Virus record (IMG/VR): IMGVR_UViG_3300042154_003418
Span: 40,218-104,217 of that record
Direction: 5' to 3' (one strand)
Source of the DNA: a virus
Taxonomy: Duplodnaviria > Heunggongvirae > Uroviricota > Caudoviricetes
Length of the DNA: 64,000 nt
Of the stretch, positions 29,595-40,059 are shown in pieces. How positions within the stretch are numbered: position 1 is the stretch's first letter; the number at the start of each line of letters is the position of its first letter. The notes below the pieces were generated by a model. The model did no database searches and was not told the DNA's origin. It saw only the letters and a program-made list of their open reading frames with translations. Position numbers and translations under genes: made by a program.

Positions 29595-30436
29595 TGTAGG
29601 TAAAGTTCTAGGGTTTGGTCAATTGATTTGAGATTATCGTCACCAATGGCTTCACGGCAGTGTGTTACCAAGTCCATTAGTTGATAGTTTAGCATTAGTG
29701 TGTCTTTGCACTTGTTTAGCTCTTGAATATACTTGTACTTGCCTGGTAATGGAATACTTGCGATAATGTCGTAAGTGCTGCCATACTCAGCCACAAGTGA
29801 AACTGCTCGTTTAGGCCCAATACCAGGGACACCAGCAACATTGTCGCCAGTATCACCTGTAAGGCACTTAATACTAATGTAATCTTCAGGATTGAATTCA
29901 TAGTGGTCATTCCAGTTGTCAAGGGTAACTTCTTTGCGCGTAACGTAACTGAATCGACTGACGCCAGGTTGTACTAGCAAATCCCAGTCACGGTCTGAAC
30001 TGATAAGCCAGATATCGTCTGTGCTGAGTTTAGACTTTTGTGATACAATATAAGCAGCAATGTCGTCGGCTTCTACGCCTTGAAACTTTAGCACTGGATA
30101 GCTGGTTGTGGTTTCAATTGTGGCAATAGTTGCTAAAAAGTCTTCAAAGAACAATTCAAATGCTGCACGTTCTGCATCTGTTTGCTGTTCTTGTTTGTCT
30201 TTGCGGTTTTGCTTGTACTCAGGGCTAAGTGCCTTGCGATAGCTAGAGCTGCCTTGGTCGCAAGCAATAATAACATGCGATGCTTTATAGGACTTTTTTA
30301 AGCTGTCTACTGTGCGAATGTAATCAGTGGCAAAATCTGTGGCTCCACTATGCTTGTAGCGAAATGCCAAGTTTAAGGCATCAACAACCAGCAGCGTGTT
30401 GTTTGATTCTGTGGCTTTTTTAAATGTAATACTCAT
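29591..30436 (-). CDS. 5'-3' flap endonuclease (T5 D15 exonuclease-like)
   Basis: N-terminus LLVVDALNLAFRYKH. Acidic clusters and helical arch. 281 aa. Position next to dut. Confidence 0.8.
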   Translation of the reverse strand: MSITFKKATESNNTLLVVDALNLAFRYKHSGATDFATDYIRTVDSLKKSYKASHVIIACDQGSSSYRKALSPEYKQNRKDKQEQQTDAERAAFELFFEDFLATIATIETTTSYPVLKFQGVEADDIAAYIVSQKSKLSTDDIWLISSDRDWDLLVQPGVSRFSYVTRKEVTLDNWNDHYEFNPEDYISIKCLTGDTGDNVAGVPGIGPKRAVSLVAEYGSTYDIIASIPLPGKYKYIQELNKCKDTLMLNYQLMDLVTHCREAIGDDNLKSIDQTLELYLQ

Positions 30437-30462
30437 GGTGTATTCTTTGTGGTTAAGTGTAT

Positions 30463-30491
30463 ATTATACACTAAAAACCAAAGTATTTCAA
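30463..30491 (-). promoter_or_regulatory. T5-type early promoter (TTGAAA-17-TATAATATA) for the FEN/dut operon
   Basis: On the - strand: ttgaaa-N17-tataatatac. Confidence 0.5.
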
Positions 30492-30946
30492 GTTACAAAT
30501 TCTGGATGCTCATGCTGCAACCAATCTTCTAGGAGTGCTATATAGAACTCATGGCTTTCATGATTGTAGTAAATGCAGCGATAAGCATCGCTGTTTGGCA
30601 TATCTTCAAAAGCCACAAAAATCTTTGAGCGATTAAACTTAAATATTAACAGTGGCTTTTTACTAACTTGCTGGCCTTGACGTATGGTTTGCTGCCAAAA
30701 TTCCACTAGTTGCGGAGTTTTTGAGGTAAGCAGCTGTGAAGTAAGATGGTCTTCGGCATAGCCTTTTACTTCCACGCACCATAAGTTAGTGCGTCCTGGA
30801 ACGTATAAGTCGCCTTTTAGCAAATGCTTGGGGTCTAGGGCACCACTTCCAGGTATTCGCTCCCACCCTAAACCGGTGTGTTTACGCAAGAGGTCACGCG
30901 CCACAGTTTCTGTGCGCGCACCTTTTGCTCGTGCGTCAACGACCAT
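30488..30946 (-). CDS. putative nuclease / resolvase (D14-position protein)
   Basis: 152 aa. Its position between the SbcC-like gene and the FEN mirrors T5 D14. Acidic/Lys residues are compatible with a PD-(D/E)xK fold, but this is uncertain. Confidence 0.35.
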   Translation of the reverse strand: MVVDARAKGARTETVARDLLRKHTGLGWERIPGSGALDPKHLLKGDLYVPGRTNLWCVEVKGYAEDHLTSQLLTSKTPQLVEFWQQTIRQGQQVSKKPLLIFKFNRSKIFVAFEDMPNSDAYRCIYYNHESHEFYIALLEDWLQHEHPEFVT

Positions 30947-31287
30947 TACGCTTGCGTCGCACTGGCAGTTTTACGTGCAGGTTGTACGATGGGCTTGGCA
31001 ACCTTGGCCCCAGCCACAGGCTCAGCGGCGGGGGCGGTGTCAACCACTGGCTCAGGGGCGGGGACTGATCGAAAGTCAACAGTCTTAACCTCCAGTTCGT
31101 CTACACTGTAGGTAATCGTGCCACTTTCAGCAGTTAAGCTGGCTAGTTCCTCTGCGGTAACCGTCATGTTTAATGTTACTGGTTGGCGCACACCATTTCG
31201 CATAATGGTTGGTTTAACCGCAGTGCTTCGTTCAATTTTAATCATATTATACCTCGATTTGTGATATGTTGTTGTGTTTGACAACAT
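30946..31287 (-). CDS. hypothetical protein
   Basis: 113-aa ORF. Confidence 0.35.
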   Translation of the reverse strand: MLSNTTTYHKSRYNMIKIERSTAVKPTIMRNGVRQPVTLNMTVTAEELASLTAESGTITYSVDELEVKTVDFRSVPAPEPVVDTAPAAEPVAGAKVAKPIVQPARKTASATQA

Positions 31288-33085
31288 TTACCTTTTCCAG
31301 CAGTGGGTGAGTAAATCCATGTGATACTAAAAAGGTGTTTAAGTGTTCTTCGCCTAGTAGAACTTCTACTAGTCGCTCCTTGCCGTCCACATCCAATGCC
31401 TCAACTGTTTCGTCCAAGATCAACAAGTTAATTCTGCTTGAACTTAGGGTCTGCATTAGTTTGCGAATAGCTAACAATGTGGCTACGTTAACTCGGGCAC
31501 GTTCACCACCGCTTAGTGCCAGTATTTCAATATCACGACCATTGTCTGTGATAACCACATTTAGTTTATCACTAGCCGAAATTTTAAAACCAATTTGAAA
31601 ACGACCATCTGACAAGTCAACCAAGTAGCTGTTTGTGATTTCTTCTAGGTCTTTGACCAAGCACTCAATTTTGTAAGCTACTAGGCCAGTGGTTGAAAAC
31701 GTTTTTGTTAACACGTTAACAGTACTCATGCGCTCTGATAGCTCGTGTAAGTTTGTGCTGTAGGTTTCCAACTCACTATTCATTTCAGTGATCTGAGTGC
31801 TCAATGACTCCACACGCGCATTGTGTGCACTAGCAGCCAAGTTGTGCTTTTCGGCTTGTGCAATTGCTGTTTTTAAACCCGCTATTGCTTTTTGCAATGC
31901 TTGAAACTTTGAATCCAGTTCGTTTTTGTCTAATAGGTCTTCTGATAATTCTGTGTTAATAAGTGCATGGTACTTTTCCCATTCTTCACGGGATTTGCTC
32001 GCACTTTCCCAGGTTTGAGTACGTTTGACGATATCACTACGTAAGAGATCTAGCTGACTAATACGTGCTGTTAGTGCCATATTGCTGGTTTGTGCAAAGT
32101 CTTGAATTTTTTCTTGCTCAGCTACTAGTTCAGCAATCTTGGCTTCATCAATCTCTTGTAAACAAGTCGGGCACGTTCCGTGCAGTGCAGCAATCTTTTT
32201 AACAAATGCTTGCGAATCACGAATTGTTTTTGAATGCTCAACTACTTGTTTGTCTAGCTGAGTGCTCTCGGTAACCAATGGACGCACATCTTCACTGGGC
32301 TTTTCAGGAATTGGAAACAGCTTGATTTTTGACTGTAGCTGGCGATAAGTGTTGTTTTGCGTGATACGTTTATTAATAGCTTCTAAGCTACCAATTTGCG
32401 TTTCAAGCTCAGCACTGCCAGTTACCAGTTCATCTGGAACTGTGGGAACTGCTTGCAGCGGTTTAGGTAACAGGTTTGTGTTGGCATACTTGGTTAACCA
32501 AGCATTAACAGTGTCTACTTGAGCCTGCACTTTGGCAATATCACGGCTTAGCTCTTGAGCAGTTTCCTTAAAAACTTCTTGTGCTTGAGTATACTTGCCC
32601 AAGTTCAAGATTTCAATTAAGAATTTTTTACGTGCTGTGTCAGGTGCAGTTAAAAACTCTAGACTACCAGCATTTGACTGATACACAATCTGACTAAAGC
32701 TCTTGTGATCAAATCCCAAGATTTCTTCAATGGCTTTGTAAGTTTGTGTGCTTGTGTGTGCACTAATGTCTGTGCTACCACGAAACAGCTTAACGGTTTG
32801 AGTACTGCCACGACGTGTGTTGATTGTGTACTCTGTGCCGTCTTTTTCAAACACCAGTGAGATTTCGTAGTGTTTGCTGTCAACATAGCGATTGATAATA
32901 TCGGCTTTTTTAATTGACTTTGAATTCTTGTTGAACAGGACTTCTTCTAAGATAAGTGCAATAGAACTTTTACCGTGGCCGTTTTTGCCTACCAGCTGCG
33001 TTAGCTGTGCATTGGAAAAATCAATAGAATTGTCCGCGCCGTAACTGAAAGCATTAGACCATGCTAGTGTTTTTATTGTTATCAT
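31247..33085 (-). CDS. SbcC/Rad50-like recombination ATPase (T5 D13-like)
   Basis: Walker A GKNGHGKSS, long coiled coil, Walker B LLILDE. 612 aa. Confidence 0.8.
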   Translation of the reverse strand: MITIKTLAWSNAFSYGADNSIDFSNAQLTQLVGKNGHGKSSIALILEEVLFNKNSKSIKKADIINRYVDSKHYEISLVFEKDGTEYTINTRRGSTQTVKLFRGSTDISAHTSTQTYKAIEEILGFDHKSFSQIVYQSNAGSLEFLTAPDTARKKFLIEILNLGKYTQAQEVFKETAQELSRDIAKVQAQVDTVNAWLTKYANTNLLPKPLQAVPTVPDELVTGSAELETQIGSLEAINKRITQNNTYRQLQSKIKLFPIPEKPSEDVRPLVTESTQLDKQVVEHSKTIRDSQAFVKKIAALHGTCPTCLQEIDEAKIAELVAEQEKIQDFAQTSNMALTARISQLDLLRSDIVKRTQTWESASKSREEWEKYHALINTELSEDLLDKNELDSKFQALQKAIAGLKTAIAQAEKHNLAASAHNARVESLSTQITEMNSELETYSTNLHELSERMSTVNVLTKTFSTTGLVAYKIECLVKDLEEITNSYLVDLSDGRFQIGFKISASDKLNVVITDNGRDIEILALSGGERARVNVATLLAIRKLMQTLSSSRINLLILDETVEALDVDGKERLVEVLLGEEHLNTFLVSHGFTHPLLEKVNVVKHNNISQIEV

Positions 33086-33356
33086 GTGCGAGTTTTCGTT
33101 TTAGTTCTTGTAAGCCACCCACATACACACCATCTACAAAAATCTGTGGAACACTGCGTGCTTGTGGAACTAGCTCAATTAAGTCTTTTTTAGTGTAGCC
33201 GTTAATACCCAACATACGTTCTTCGATTGCAATACCATGCAAGTCCAGCAGTCGCTTGGCTTCGGTGCAGGCAGGGCAGTTTGTTTGTGACCATACTTGC
33301 GCTGATTTAGGTGAGTTTTTCTGCATGATTTTGCATCTCCTTGAGAACCTTGTCAA
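33054..33356 (-). CDS. glutaredoxin/NrdH-like redoxin
   Basis: CPAC active site. About 100 aa with a thioredoxin-fold layout. Confidence 0.7.
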   Translation of the reverse strand: MTRFSRRCKIMQKNSPKSAQVWSQTNCPACTEAKRLLDLHGIAIEERMLGINGYTKKDLIELVPQARSVPQIFVDGVYVGGLQELKRKLAHDNNKNTSMV

Positions 33357-34263
33357 TTGTGGGTTCTGGTAATTCTAAGATATAAGTTAAGTATTCGCGA
33401 ACTTCTGCATCCAGCGACATTTCAGGGTCTAGGATTAGTGCACTATCAGTATCACGTTTGAGAACTTTTGAAGAAATAAGCTCACTATCGGCTAATTCTC
33501 CAAGCTCTTGCATGTCGCCTTGGACTTCGTACATGGTATGATCAAAGTCTGTGGGAACGGGCGTTTCGTCTGCGGCAATTGTTCGCTTAATGAGTTGCGG
33601 CAAGTTGAATTTAAGCCACTGATGTTCCAAGCTACTAGCATCAAGCAGAATAGCACCGGTATCAACCCTGGAACGATGAAAGCTAGTAGTATAAGGGCTA
33701 CCAGGGTAAAGAATATTTCTTTGAGAGTTTTCATAACTGTGTAGGTCACCGGCTAAGACAACCTGCCAGCTGGCAAATATGTCCAAGTCTACTTCTGGTT
33801 TAACGTGTGGTGGAATCTCGCCACGAACGTGTGTGCAAAGAATACGGCCCACAAAAGCTCTGCCATTCTTTTCGTAATCTTTTAGCTTGTTGTAGGGAAT
33901 AATGTCAATGTCAAAGCCGCAATTTTGGTAGTAATCGTCAATTACACTTACCAGTGGGTTTAAGCGATGTGTGGACCTTTTTAGGTTTGTTAAAAATGTT
34001 GTGTCTTTTTTCAACATTTCGTGGTTGCCTGGATAGATCAGTGTGGGCTTTGTAAATGACTCCACAAAGTCAAAGTAGAGTTCTACTTCGTCCATGGTTG
34101 GTAGTCTGTCAAACACGTCACCGCCTATGATTACCAAGTCTGCTGATTCTTGCATTTCTGCAAACTGCTCAACAAACATTTTGAAGCGATTTTTAGCCCA
34201 AGCAACTGGAACATTCTTTTGACCTAGCTTGATGTGTACGTCTGCTGTAAAGAGTATTTTCAT
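33307..34263 (-). CDS. SbcD/Mre11-like nuclease (T5 D12-like)
   Basis: MKILFTADVHI, GDVFD and GNHE calcineurin-like phosphoesterase motifs. Confidence 0.85.
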   Translation of the reverse strand: MKILFTADVHIKLGQKNVPVAWAKNRFKMFVEQFAEMQESADLVIIGGDVFDRLPTMDEVELYFDFVESFTKPTLIYPGNHEMLKKDTTFLTNLKRSTHRLNPLVSVIDDYYQNCGFDIDIIPYNKLKDYEKNGRAFVGRILCTHVRGEIPPHVKPEVDLDIFASWQVVLAGDLHSYENSQRNILYPGSPYTTSFHRSRVDTGAILLDASSLEHQWLKFNLPQLIKRTIAADETPVPTDFDHTMYEVQGDMQELGELADSELISSKVLKRDTDSALILDPEMSLDAEVREYLTYILELPEPTIDKVLKEMQNHAEKLT

Positions 34264-34275
34264 ATTATACGAGAC

Positions 34276-34312
34276 AAAATAGCCCGCTAAGCTTTTAAGT
34301 TTAGCGGGCTAT
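34276..34312 (-). terminator. Rho-independent terminator
   Basis: tagcccgctaa-gcttttaagt-ttagcgggcta hairpin with flanking A and T runs. Confidence 0.55.
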
Positions 34313-34319
34313 GTGTTGT

Positions 34320-34961
34320 TTAACCTAGTTCTTTAACAGCTTCTTGTGCAGCGTCATCGCCTGCGTCGCCGTCATCAGTGTTTGTGGTAATTTTTACCAG
34401 GGTTGCTAGTACTTCGGCTTCGGTTGGACGTGGGTACTTTTCGTCAATTGACTTGGCTTCGTCAGCCGCAGCACGTTCAGCATCAGTTAGCTTGCGTGGC
34501 TTGCAACGTAACACACTCAGATCATAGCTGATGTTAAAAGCCAGTGGACCTGTTTTGGTACGCTTGAACACAACATCCCAGCCTGTGTCTGGATCGGTTG
34601 GGTCGCCCAAGTCTTCGGCTGCACTTACAATTTGCTCAAACAGTTTCTTTTTCAAGTTAAGTGCTTTGACTTTGCCGTCTTTGGGGTCAATACAGTTAAC
34701 TGTGTACGACCATGAGCACTTCAAGTCTGGAAAGTAGGTAGGAACGTGATCGACTTCCACATTGTCGAATTTTTCTTTGTCACGGCTAAAAGCCAAGCAT
34801 TCAACTGGAATGTCTTTGTTGTTTGCACCCTTCAACCAGTAAATATAACGGGGCAGTACGCCGCCAATCAATCTGACTGTGTTTTCGCCGTCTTTGTACT
34901 CAAAAGCCTCAACTTTGTTGGAAATTGCTTTGCCTTTGGTGTTTTTAAATGAAATTGCCAT
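34320..34961 (-). CDS. D11-position protein, possible ssDNA-binding protein
   Basis: 213 aa with an acidic C-terminal tail (DDGDAGDDAAQEAVKELG) reminiscent of phage SSBs. The assignment is tentative. Confidence 0.35.
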   Translation of the reverse strand: MAISFKNTKGKAISNKVEAFEYKDGENTVRLIGGVLPRYIYWLKGANNKDIPVECLAFSRDKEKFDNVEVDHVPTYFPDLKCSWSYTVNCIDPKDGKVKALNLKKKLFEQIVSAAEDLGDPTDPDTGWDVVFKRTKTGPLAFNISYDLSVLRCKPRKLTDAERAAADEAKSIDEKYPRPTEAEVLATLVKITTNTDDGDAGDDAAQEAVKELG

Positions 34962-34964
34962 TGT

Positions 34965-35339
34965 TTAATTCTCGTATTTGAAATATATTTTGTTTTGTGT
35001 TATTTTGAGCAGGGGATTGTGTGCAAGTGTATCTAAGTCTAGGTCTTTGAAATAACTCAAGTCTAAATGGGTAACTTTGTACAATTTGTACAAACTATAA
35101 TCGCGTCTTCCTGCTAGTCGAATATATTGTGCTTTAAAAGCTATATCCGTGGTGTCATCAAAAAGTGAAGCGGCGTCTAGTAAAAAACTGTGTCCGACAA
35201 GGTTGCGGTAATTATTTGTGTCGCGATGGTTTTTCGGTATTAGTTTTTTGCCAGAATGCCGTTCCAACATTTGTAGCATTAATTTAGGGTCACAGTTGGT
35301 TTCAGACTCCAGTAGTTCTAAGTTGAAGAATAAGGCCAT
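34965..35339 (-). CDS. hypothetical protein
   Basis: 124-aa ORF. Confidence 0.4.
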   Translation of the reverse strand: MALFFNLELLESETNCDPKLMLQMLERHSGKKLIPKNHRDTNNYRNLVGHSFLLDAASLFDDTTDIAFKAQYIRLAGRRDYSLYKLYKVTHLDLSYFKDLDLDTLAHNPLLKITQNKIYFKYEN

Positions 35340-35358
35340 AATGTGTTGCTAAGACTAT

Positions 35359-35387
35359 ATTATACTACATTGACCAACGTTTGACAA
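35359..35387 (-). promoter_or_regulatory. T5-type early promoter (TTGTCA-17-TATAATATAG)
   Basis: On the - strand: cttgtcaaacgttggtcaatgtagtataatatag. The same motif recurs at 44402-44430. Confidence 0.5.
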
Positions 35388-35398
35388 GTGTAAATTTA

Positions 35399-36718
35399 TC
35401 ATACCGTTATTACCTGCCAGCCTTTACGTAAGTAAAGCGCAAGTCTGTCATTGTTTTGTTTTTTATCTGCATATCCAGCAAAGTTAATGTCCACTACTAG
35501 TGGGTCTAATTTGCCGTCATGCATACGTTGTACACGACCCACAATTTGTTCAAGCAGTGAGTCGTTGCTCATTGGAGCAGCTAGGATAACACAGGACAAG
35601 CTGTTAATAGATATGCCTTCTGAGAAGATTTGCCGGCTTCCACATATGGCACGCTTTTCTCCACTAAGCACTTGCTGCTTAACAAGTTGTCGTTCTTCGT
35701 ATTCGGTATCGCCTGTAACAACCGCGCAATCTTCACCAATGTATTCCTTTACTTTGTGTAGAAATTCTACTCTGTCTGCAATAACCAACACACTGTGGCC
35801 TTCTTGAATATGCATAAGGGCTAGTGCAGCTATAAACTCACGATACTTTTCTGACTCCAACAGTTCCGATACTTTCTCCACCCAGGTTACTCCTGGCTTG
35901 AGTGTAATGCCACTTTTAACAATGTGTACGGTGGGTGTTAGTGTATGTGACTGTGGTGGTTTATAGACTAGTGGTCCAAAGTAATCGCCGAATAAAATGT
36001 GCTTGCCGTCTTTGCGAATCATTGTGCCACTTAGGGCGATTCTGTAACGTGCATGGAAAGCGTCCACTGTTTGTGCAAATGTAGTGGCAGGACAGTGGTG
36101 GGCTTCGTCAAGGATAATAGTACCGAACTCCTTAGCCAAGTCACCAGTGTGTTTGCTGAGCGTCTGTATATTGGCCACTGTGATAAAGTGGTCGGTGTGG
36201 TCAACTCGTCCACCACCAATAACTCCGCACTGCGTCCCGAATAACACTTCGACTTCTTCACACCACTGGTCTCGGAGTGCGGCAGTGTGGGTAATAACAA
36301 GAGTTTTTTGTCCGAACTTGTGTGCAAGGTGTAAGGCTGTAAAAGTCTTTCCCCATCCCACAAGGGCATTGATAAAACAGGTGTCGTCGATTGGGTCATA
36401 AACCACTTGCTGCTCGGGTCGTAAACCAAATTTAGGCGTTGGGAAAGGTACATTCTCAAGCACTCGTTTATCAATGATTTCATAATCTTCGGGCACTAAG
36501 TCTAAGCGGCCTTGTGGGATTGACAAGATACCTTTGGGCAGAACTTTGTAGTTTTTGATAGTTTCAATCGGACTAAACTTTTTAGCGCCAGTGTCTTTTT
36601 TGATTTTGTAGGTAAGTGCGCTGATAACTTTTTTGGTATGTTCTACACCAGGGTTATCCATGTAAATACGGTTTGATATTACTGCTTTGGCCATGCTATC
36701 CTTACACCAAACCACCAA
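35399..36718 (-). CDS. SF2 DEAH-box DNA helicase (T5 D10-like)
   Basis: Walker A GWGKTF, DEAH in ILDEAHH, and helicase C-terminal motifs. Confidence 0.75.
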   Translation of the reverse strand: MVVWCKDSMAKAVISNRIYMDNPGVEHTKKVISALTYKIKKDTGAKKFSPIETIKNYKVLPKGILSIPQGRLDLVPEDYEIIDKRVLENVPFPTPKFGLRPEQQVVYDPIDDTCFINALVGWGKTFTALHLAHKFGQKTLVITHTAALRDQWCEEVEVLFGTQCGVIGGGRVDHTDHFITVANIQTLSKHTGDLAKEFGTIILDEAHHCPATTFAQTVDAFHARYRIALSGTMIRKDGKHILFGDYFGPLVYKPPQSHTLTPTVHIVKSGITLKPGVTWVEKVSELLESEKYREFIAALALMHIQEGHSVLVIADRVEFLHKVKEYIGEDCAVVTGDTEYEERQLVKQQVLSGEKRAICGSRQIFSEGISINSLSCVILAAPMSNDSLLEQIVGRVQRMHDGKLDPLVVDINFAGYADKKQNNDRLALYLRKGWQVITV

Positions 36719-36809
36719 AAATCAACTCTAGCGAACCACGTATTCTCATTTTTACCAAAGCCTAATCTAAACATACGATTAGCTTTGTCTAACTCAATTT
36801 TTGTTAGTT

Positions 36810-37079
36810 TCATACCATTCCAAATGACTCTTTTATATCATCCCGAATTTCTTTTAGTGCAGCATACGTCCACTCACAGGCCAGCTCGCCGCTAGCACTA
36901 TTACCAACCGGAATACGGTAAGCTTCAATCTTGTCAATGCAGTGCTGCACAATAAATTCAGCAAATTTTTGTTCATCCAAGTAGTTGGTAAGATACCGGC
37001 CTTCATCGATACTCCAATGGTCTTTAATTCTAGCCTGTTCGGCAAGTCTTTTAATTTGTTCGTTCATACCATTCTCCAA
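36810..37079 (-). CDS. hypothetical protein
   Basis: 89-aa ORF. Confidence 0.35.
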   Translation of the reverse strand: MENGMNEQIKRLAEQARIKDHWSIDEGRYLTNYLDEQKFAEFIVQHCIDKIEAYRIPVGNSASGELACEWTYAALKEIRDDIKESFGMV

Positions 37080-37672
37080 CTATCAGGCTCTGATTTTTCA
37101 CAAAAGCCATAAAAAATAAATCCCATGCCGTGTTGTAAGACTCTGGCATAACTTTCAAACTCACTTGGGTGTCTCATACATTTAAAACGGCTGCTAATGC
37201 CCACAAGTTCAACCACACACCCTAGACCACTAGCAGGTAAAACTTGTTTGATCCGCTTTGTGGTCAGTTTGGCGCGTATAGTTTTGCGATACTGAAATAC
37301 ATGACCACTACTATCCACAAACCAAGTCTTTGATTTTGCAAGTTTAACCAAGTCTGCTAAAAAGTAAACCGCAGTGCGAATTGCAAACAGCTTTTCGCCT
37401 TGCGATTTTAGGTGTAGTCTGCGCAAGCCCAGTGTGCTACCAGGCACGGTTTTATCGTCTATGACTTTAAAGCTTACAGCAGCTTGATTTTGTTCATCAA
37501 CATAGTTGACCATGTAGTATATAACACCATCACGCTGCTGTGGCTCACGCTCACCTAGCCGGAACACGGGCCAGGTTATTTCCTGTAAATTCATAGAACT
37601 TTTCCCAGTCTCCAAAGCTATAGTCATCACCCACGTCTTGGTCAACACCAATGGGTGCTCCAGGGATTTCAC
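37064..37672 (-). CDS. hypothetical protein (start probably internal)
   Basis: 202-aa ORF overlapping the polymerase 3' end by about 120 nt in another frame. Internal Mets could trim the overlap. Confidence 0.3.
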   Translation of the reverse strand: MKSLEHPLVLTKTWVMTIALETGKSSMNLQEITWPVFRLGEREPQQRDGVIYYMVNYVDEQNQAAVSFKVIDDKTVPGSTLGLRRLHLKSQGEKLFAIRTAVYFLADLVKLAKSKTWFVDSSGHVFQYRKTIRAKLTTKRIKQVLPASGLGCVVELVGISSRFKCMRHPSEFESYARVLQHGMGFIFYGFCEKSEPDSWRMV

Positions 37673-39848
37673 AACCCCAACTGTGCTGAGTGTTACGCTT
37701 TAGGATCTCGCAGTATTCCACCACATCTTCGTCTTTTACAAGCGCAACAATCGAGTCATGAACCAACATAAAGATTTTAGCGTCTAAGCCCTTTGCCGAA
37801 ATCTCATTTGCTGTTCGCATAGCTCCAAGTAAGTTAACATCACTGGCAAGACTTTGTACTTCGGCATTAATGCCGCTACGGACTTCGTGAGCGGCAATGC
37901 CTTTATCTGAGCTAAACACATTAGGTAGTCTGCGTTTGCGTCCGAAGAATGAGTAAGTGTAACCGTTTTGCTCAATGAATCGTTTTCTGTCATTTAACCA
38001 CTGTTTTAGTTTGCTGAACTTTGTAAAGTATTGTTTGATATCGTCACGGGCTTGTTCTACTGGATAGCTTTCGCCTTCTGGTAAACCCTTGGTAACGGTT
38101 TCAGCAACTTTGTTAGCACCCGAACCGTACAAGATACCAAAGCTAATAGCTTTAGCACTTTGACGCATACTTCCATACAGCTTTTTAACATCTTCAACTG
38201 GACAAGGCAGCGAGAACACCATTTTGGCAATTGTTGAGTGAAAGTCGCCGCCACTAGAGAACACTTGTTGCAAGTTCTTGTCGCCCGACAACACAGCAGC
38301 ATAATACATTTCAGCTGTTGTCAAGTCTTGCGATACAATCTTATATCCTGCTGGAGCCTGTAAACAACCTTTGATAATAGGGTTGTCCCGAGGAATTTGC
38401 TGAGCGTTGAACTTCCCACTACTACTAAGACGACCACTAGTAGTAAAGATAAGATTAAAATTCGTGCGGATACGACCATCACGGTCAATCTCCGGTAGAA
38501 TCTTGGAAATGTAGGTATTTTGAATTTTACCAAGTTGACGTACCTTTAAAATCGCCGCTGGCAATGCATGCTCTTCGGACAGCTCACCGAGCACTTCTGC
38601 ATCGGTGGAGACGGCTCCGGTAGCAGTCTTTTTACCAGTAGGATTGAGTCCCAAATAATCAAATAACACAACACGAAGCTGCATAACTGAGTTGGGGTTA
38701 AATATCTTGCCGGAATCTTTTTCATACTGTTTTACCGCATCAAAGCTATAAACTAGTTTTTTAGCTTCTTCAATCTCATAGTCCAAGTACTTTTCTGCAG
38801 CAGCCATGCGTTCACGGCTAACAGGAATTCCTACTTCTTCCATGTCCATAAGGAACAGTGTGCCCGGAATCAAGATTTCACTATAAACCTTGAGTAGCTT
38901 GGGGTTCGCTTGAACAATAGGCCAGAATTTATGGAACAAGTCAAATGTAACCGCAGTGTCAATACTAGCGTATTGAGCAATTGTTTCAAACGGAATAAGG
39001 TCATAGGTAAAATCTTCTTGCAGCATACCGTGTTGGGCACAGTAGGACTTTTTGAACTCGTCTAGTGGCGTGTCGTAGTCACCGTAATCGGTGTACTTTA
39101 GGGCCAGTGGCTTTAAACCATGACTATCAGTTTCGTCAAGCACATAGTGCATAACCATTGTGTCGTGTACACGGTCACGTGGAAAGTCGATTGCAAGGTG
39201 ATATTTAATCATCTTGAAGTCGAACTTCATGTTGTGAAACACTGGATGGAATGTATTGGCAATTTTTTGTAAGAGTGCAATACAAAGTTCGTCTAGGCAG
39301 TCGGTTTCAATGTAACGACCCTGATGTGTGGCGTAGGTAAGCGATAGCCCTAGCACATAACCGTCACGGGGGTAAAGTGCAGTTGTTTCTGTGTCCCAGG
39401 CAACATAGCCTTGGGCTTTGTCCAAGATTTCACGCAAGTACCGCTTGGCTTCGGCAGTATCTTGAATACCTGCATAATCGCCAACTACTTTGCTGGCACG
39501 TAGTTCGCCACGAACATACTTGTGAATTTTGTCACAAGCACGTTGAAAGTCTGGTTTGCCTTCTGGCTTAAAAGCAAGCATAGCCGGATTACTAATGGCA
39601 ATAAACTTATCGTCCACTAGCTGACCGGCCATGTTTGTTACTGACGTAATCTTGGCGTATTCTTTGGCGGCTTCTGCACCTACCAGGATAACGAAATCAT
39701 AGGGCTCTAGGTCAACCACCAAGTCCACGTCTTTTTTAAGCAGTTTGGTAATTGGCACCGAACTCATGTGGTAGTGATCAAACTCAAAGTCAAAATAGTC
39801 GGTATACCGTGTACGGTTAGGTGCTTTGTCAATCAACGCAATTTTCAT
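37551..39848 (-). CDS. family A DNA polymerase with 3'-5' exonuclease domain
   Basis: Exonuclease motifs (VAWDTETT, YASID). Pol A motifs (RRLPN...K..NFGILYG; HDSIV as the C-motif). 765 aa. Confidence 0.9.
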   Translation of the reverse strand: MKIALIDKAPNRTRYTDYFDFEFDHYHMSSVPITKLLKKDVDLVVDLEPYDFVILVGAEAAKEYAKITSVTNMAGQLVDDKFIAISNPAMLAFKPEGKPDFQRACDKIHKYVRGELRASKVVGDYAGIQDTAEAKRYLREILDKAQGYVAWDTETTALYPRDGYVLGLSLTYATHQGRYIETDCLDELCIALLQKIANTFHPVFHNMKFDFKMIKYHLAIDFPRDRVHDTMVMHYVLDETDSHGLKPLALKYTDYGDYDTPLDEFKKSYCAQHGMLQEDFTYDLIPFETIAQYASIDTAVTFDLFHKFWPIVQANPKLLKVYSEILIPGTLFLMDMEEVGIPVSRERMAAAEKYLDYEIEEAKKLVYSFDAVKQYEKDSGKIFNPNSVMQLRVVLFDYLGLNPTGKKTATGAVSTDAEVLGELSEEHALPAAILKVRQLGKIQNTYISKILPEIDRDGRIRTNFNLIFTTSGRLSSSGKFNAQQIPRDNPIIKGCLQAPAGYKIVSQDLTTAEMYYAAVLSGDKNLQQVFSSGGDFHSTIAKMVFSLPCPVEDVKKLYGSMRQSAKAISFGILYGSGANKVAETVTKGLPEGESYPVEQARDDIKQYFTKFSKLKQWLNDRKRFIEQNGYTYSFFGRKRRLPNVFSSDKGIAAHEVRSGINAEVQSLASDVNLLGAMRTANEISAKGLDAKIFMLVHDSIVALVKDEDVVEYCEILKRNTQHSWGCEIPGAPIGVDQDVGDDYSFGDWEKFYEFTGNNLARVPAR

Positions 39849-40059
39849 GTAATAATCCTTGTGATACTTTATTATAGCGTATCTGGGCTAATAGTTCAAG
39901 TTTGTTTATGCTCTCGGGCACGGATAATTGTGTCCAGCAATTTGTATTCTGTTTCAGCTATCCAGTAGTGTGGGCGCAGTAGCCATATGTCTTTCCACTG
40001 GTCTCGCAGTATTTTAAGACGATAGGTTGGCAGGCTATCTAGGTATTCTTCTTTTTGCA

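Noticed and set aside
37551-39848. Considered a T7-like (gp5) versus T5-like assignment for the polymerase and the whole replication module
   Set aside because: The synteny dut-FEN-nuclease-SbcC-SbcD-D11-helicase-pol-primase-DnaB-split ligase plus a large tRNA island matches the T5 early region rather than T7. No T7 RNAP or T7 gp4 fused primase-helicase is present.
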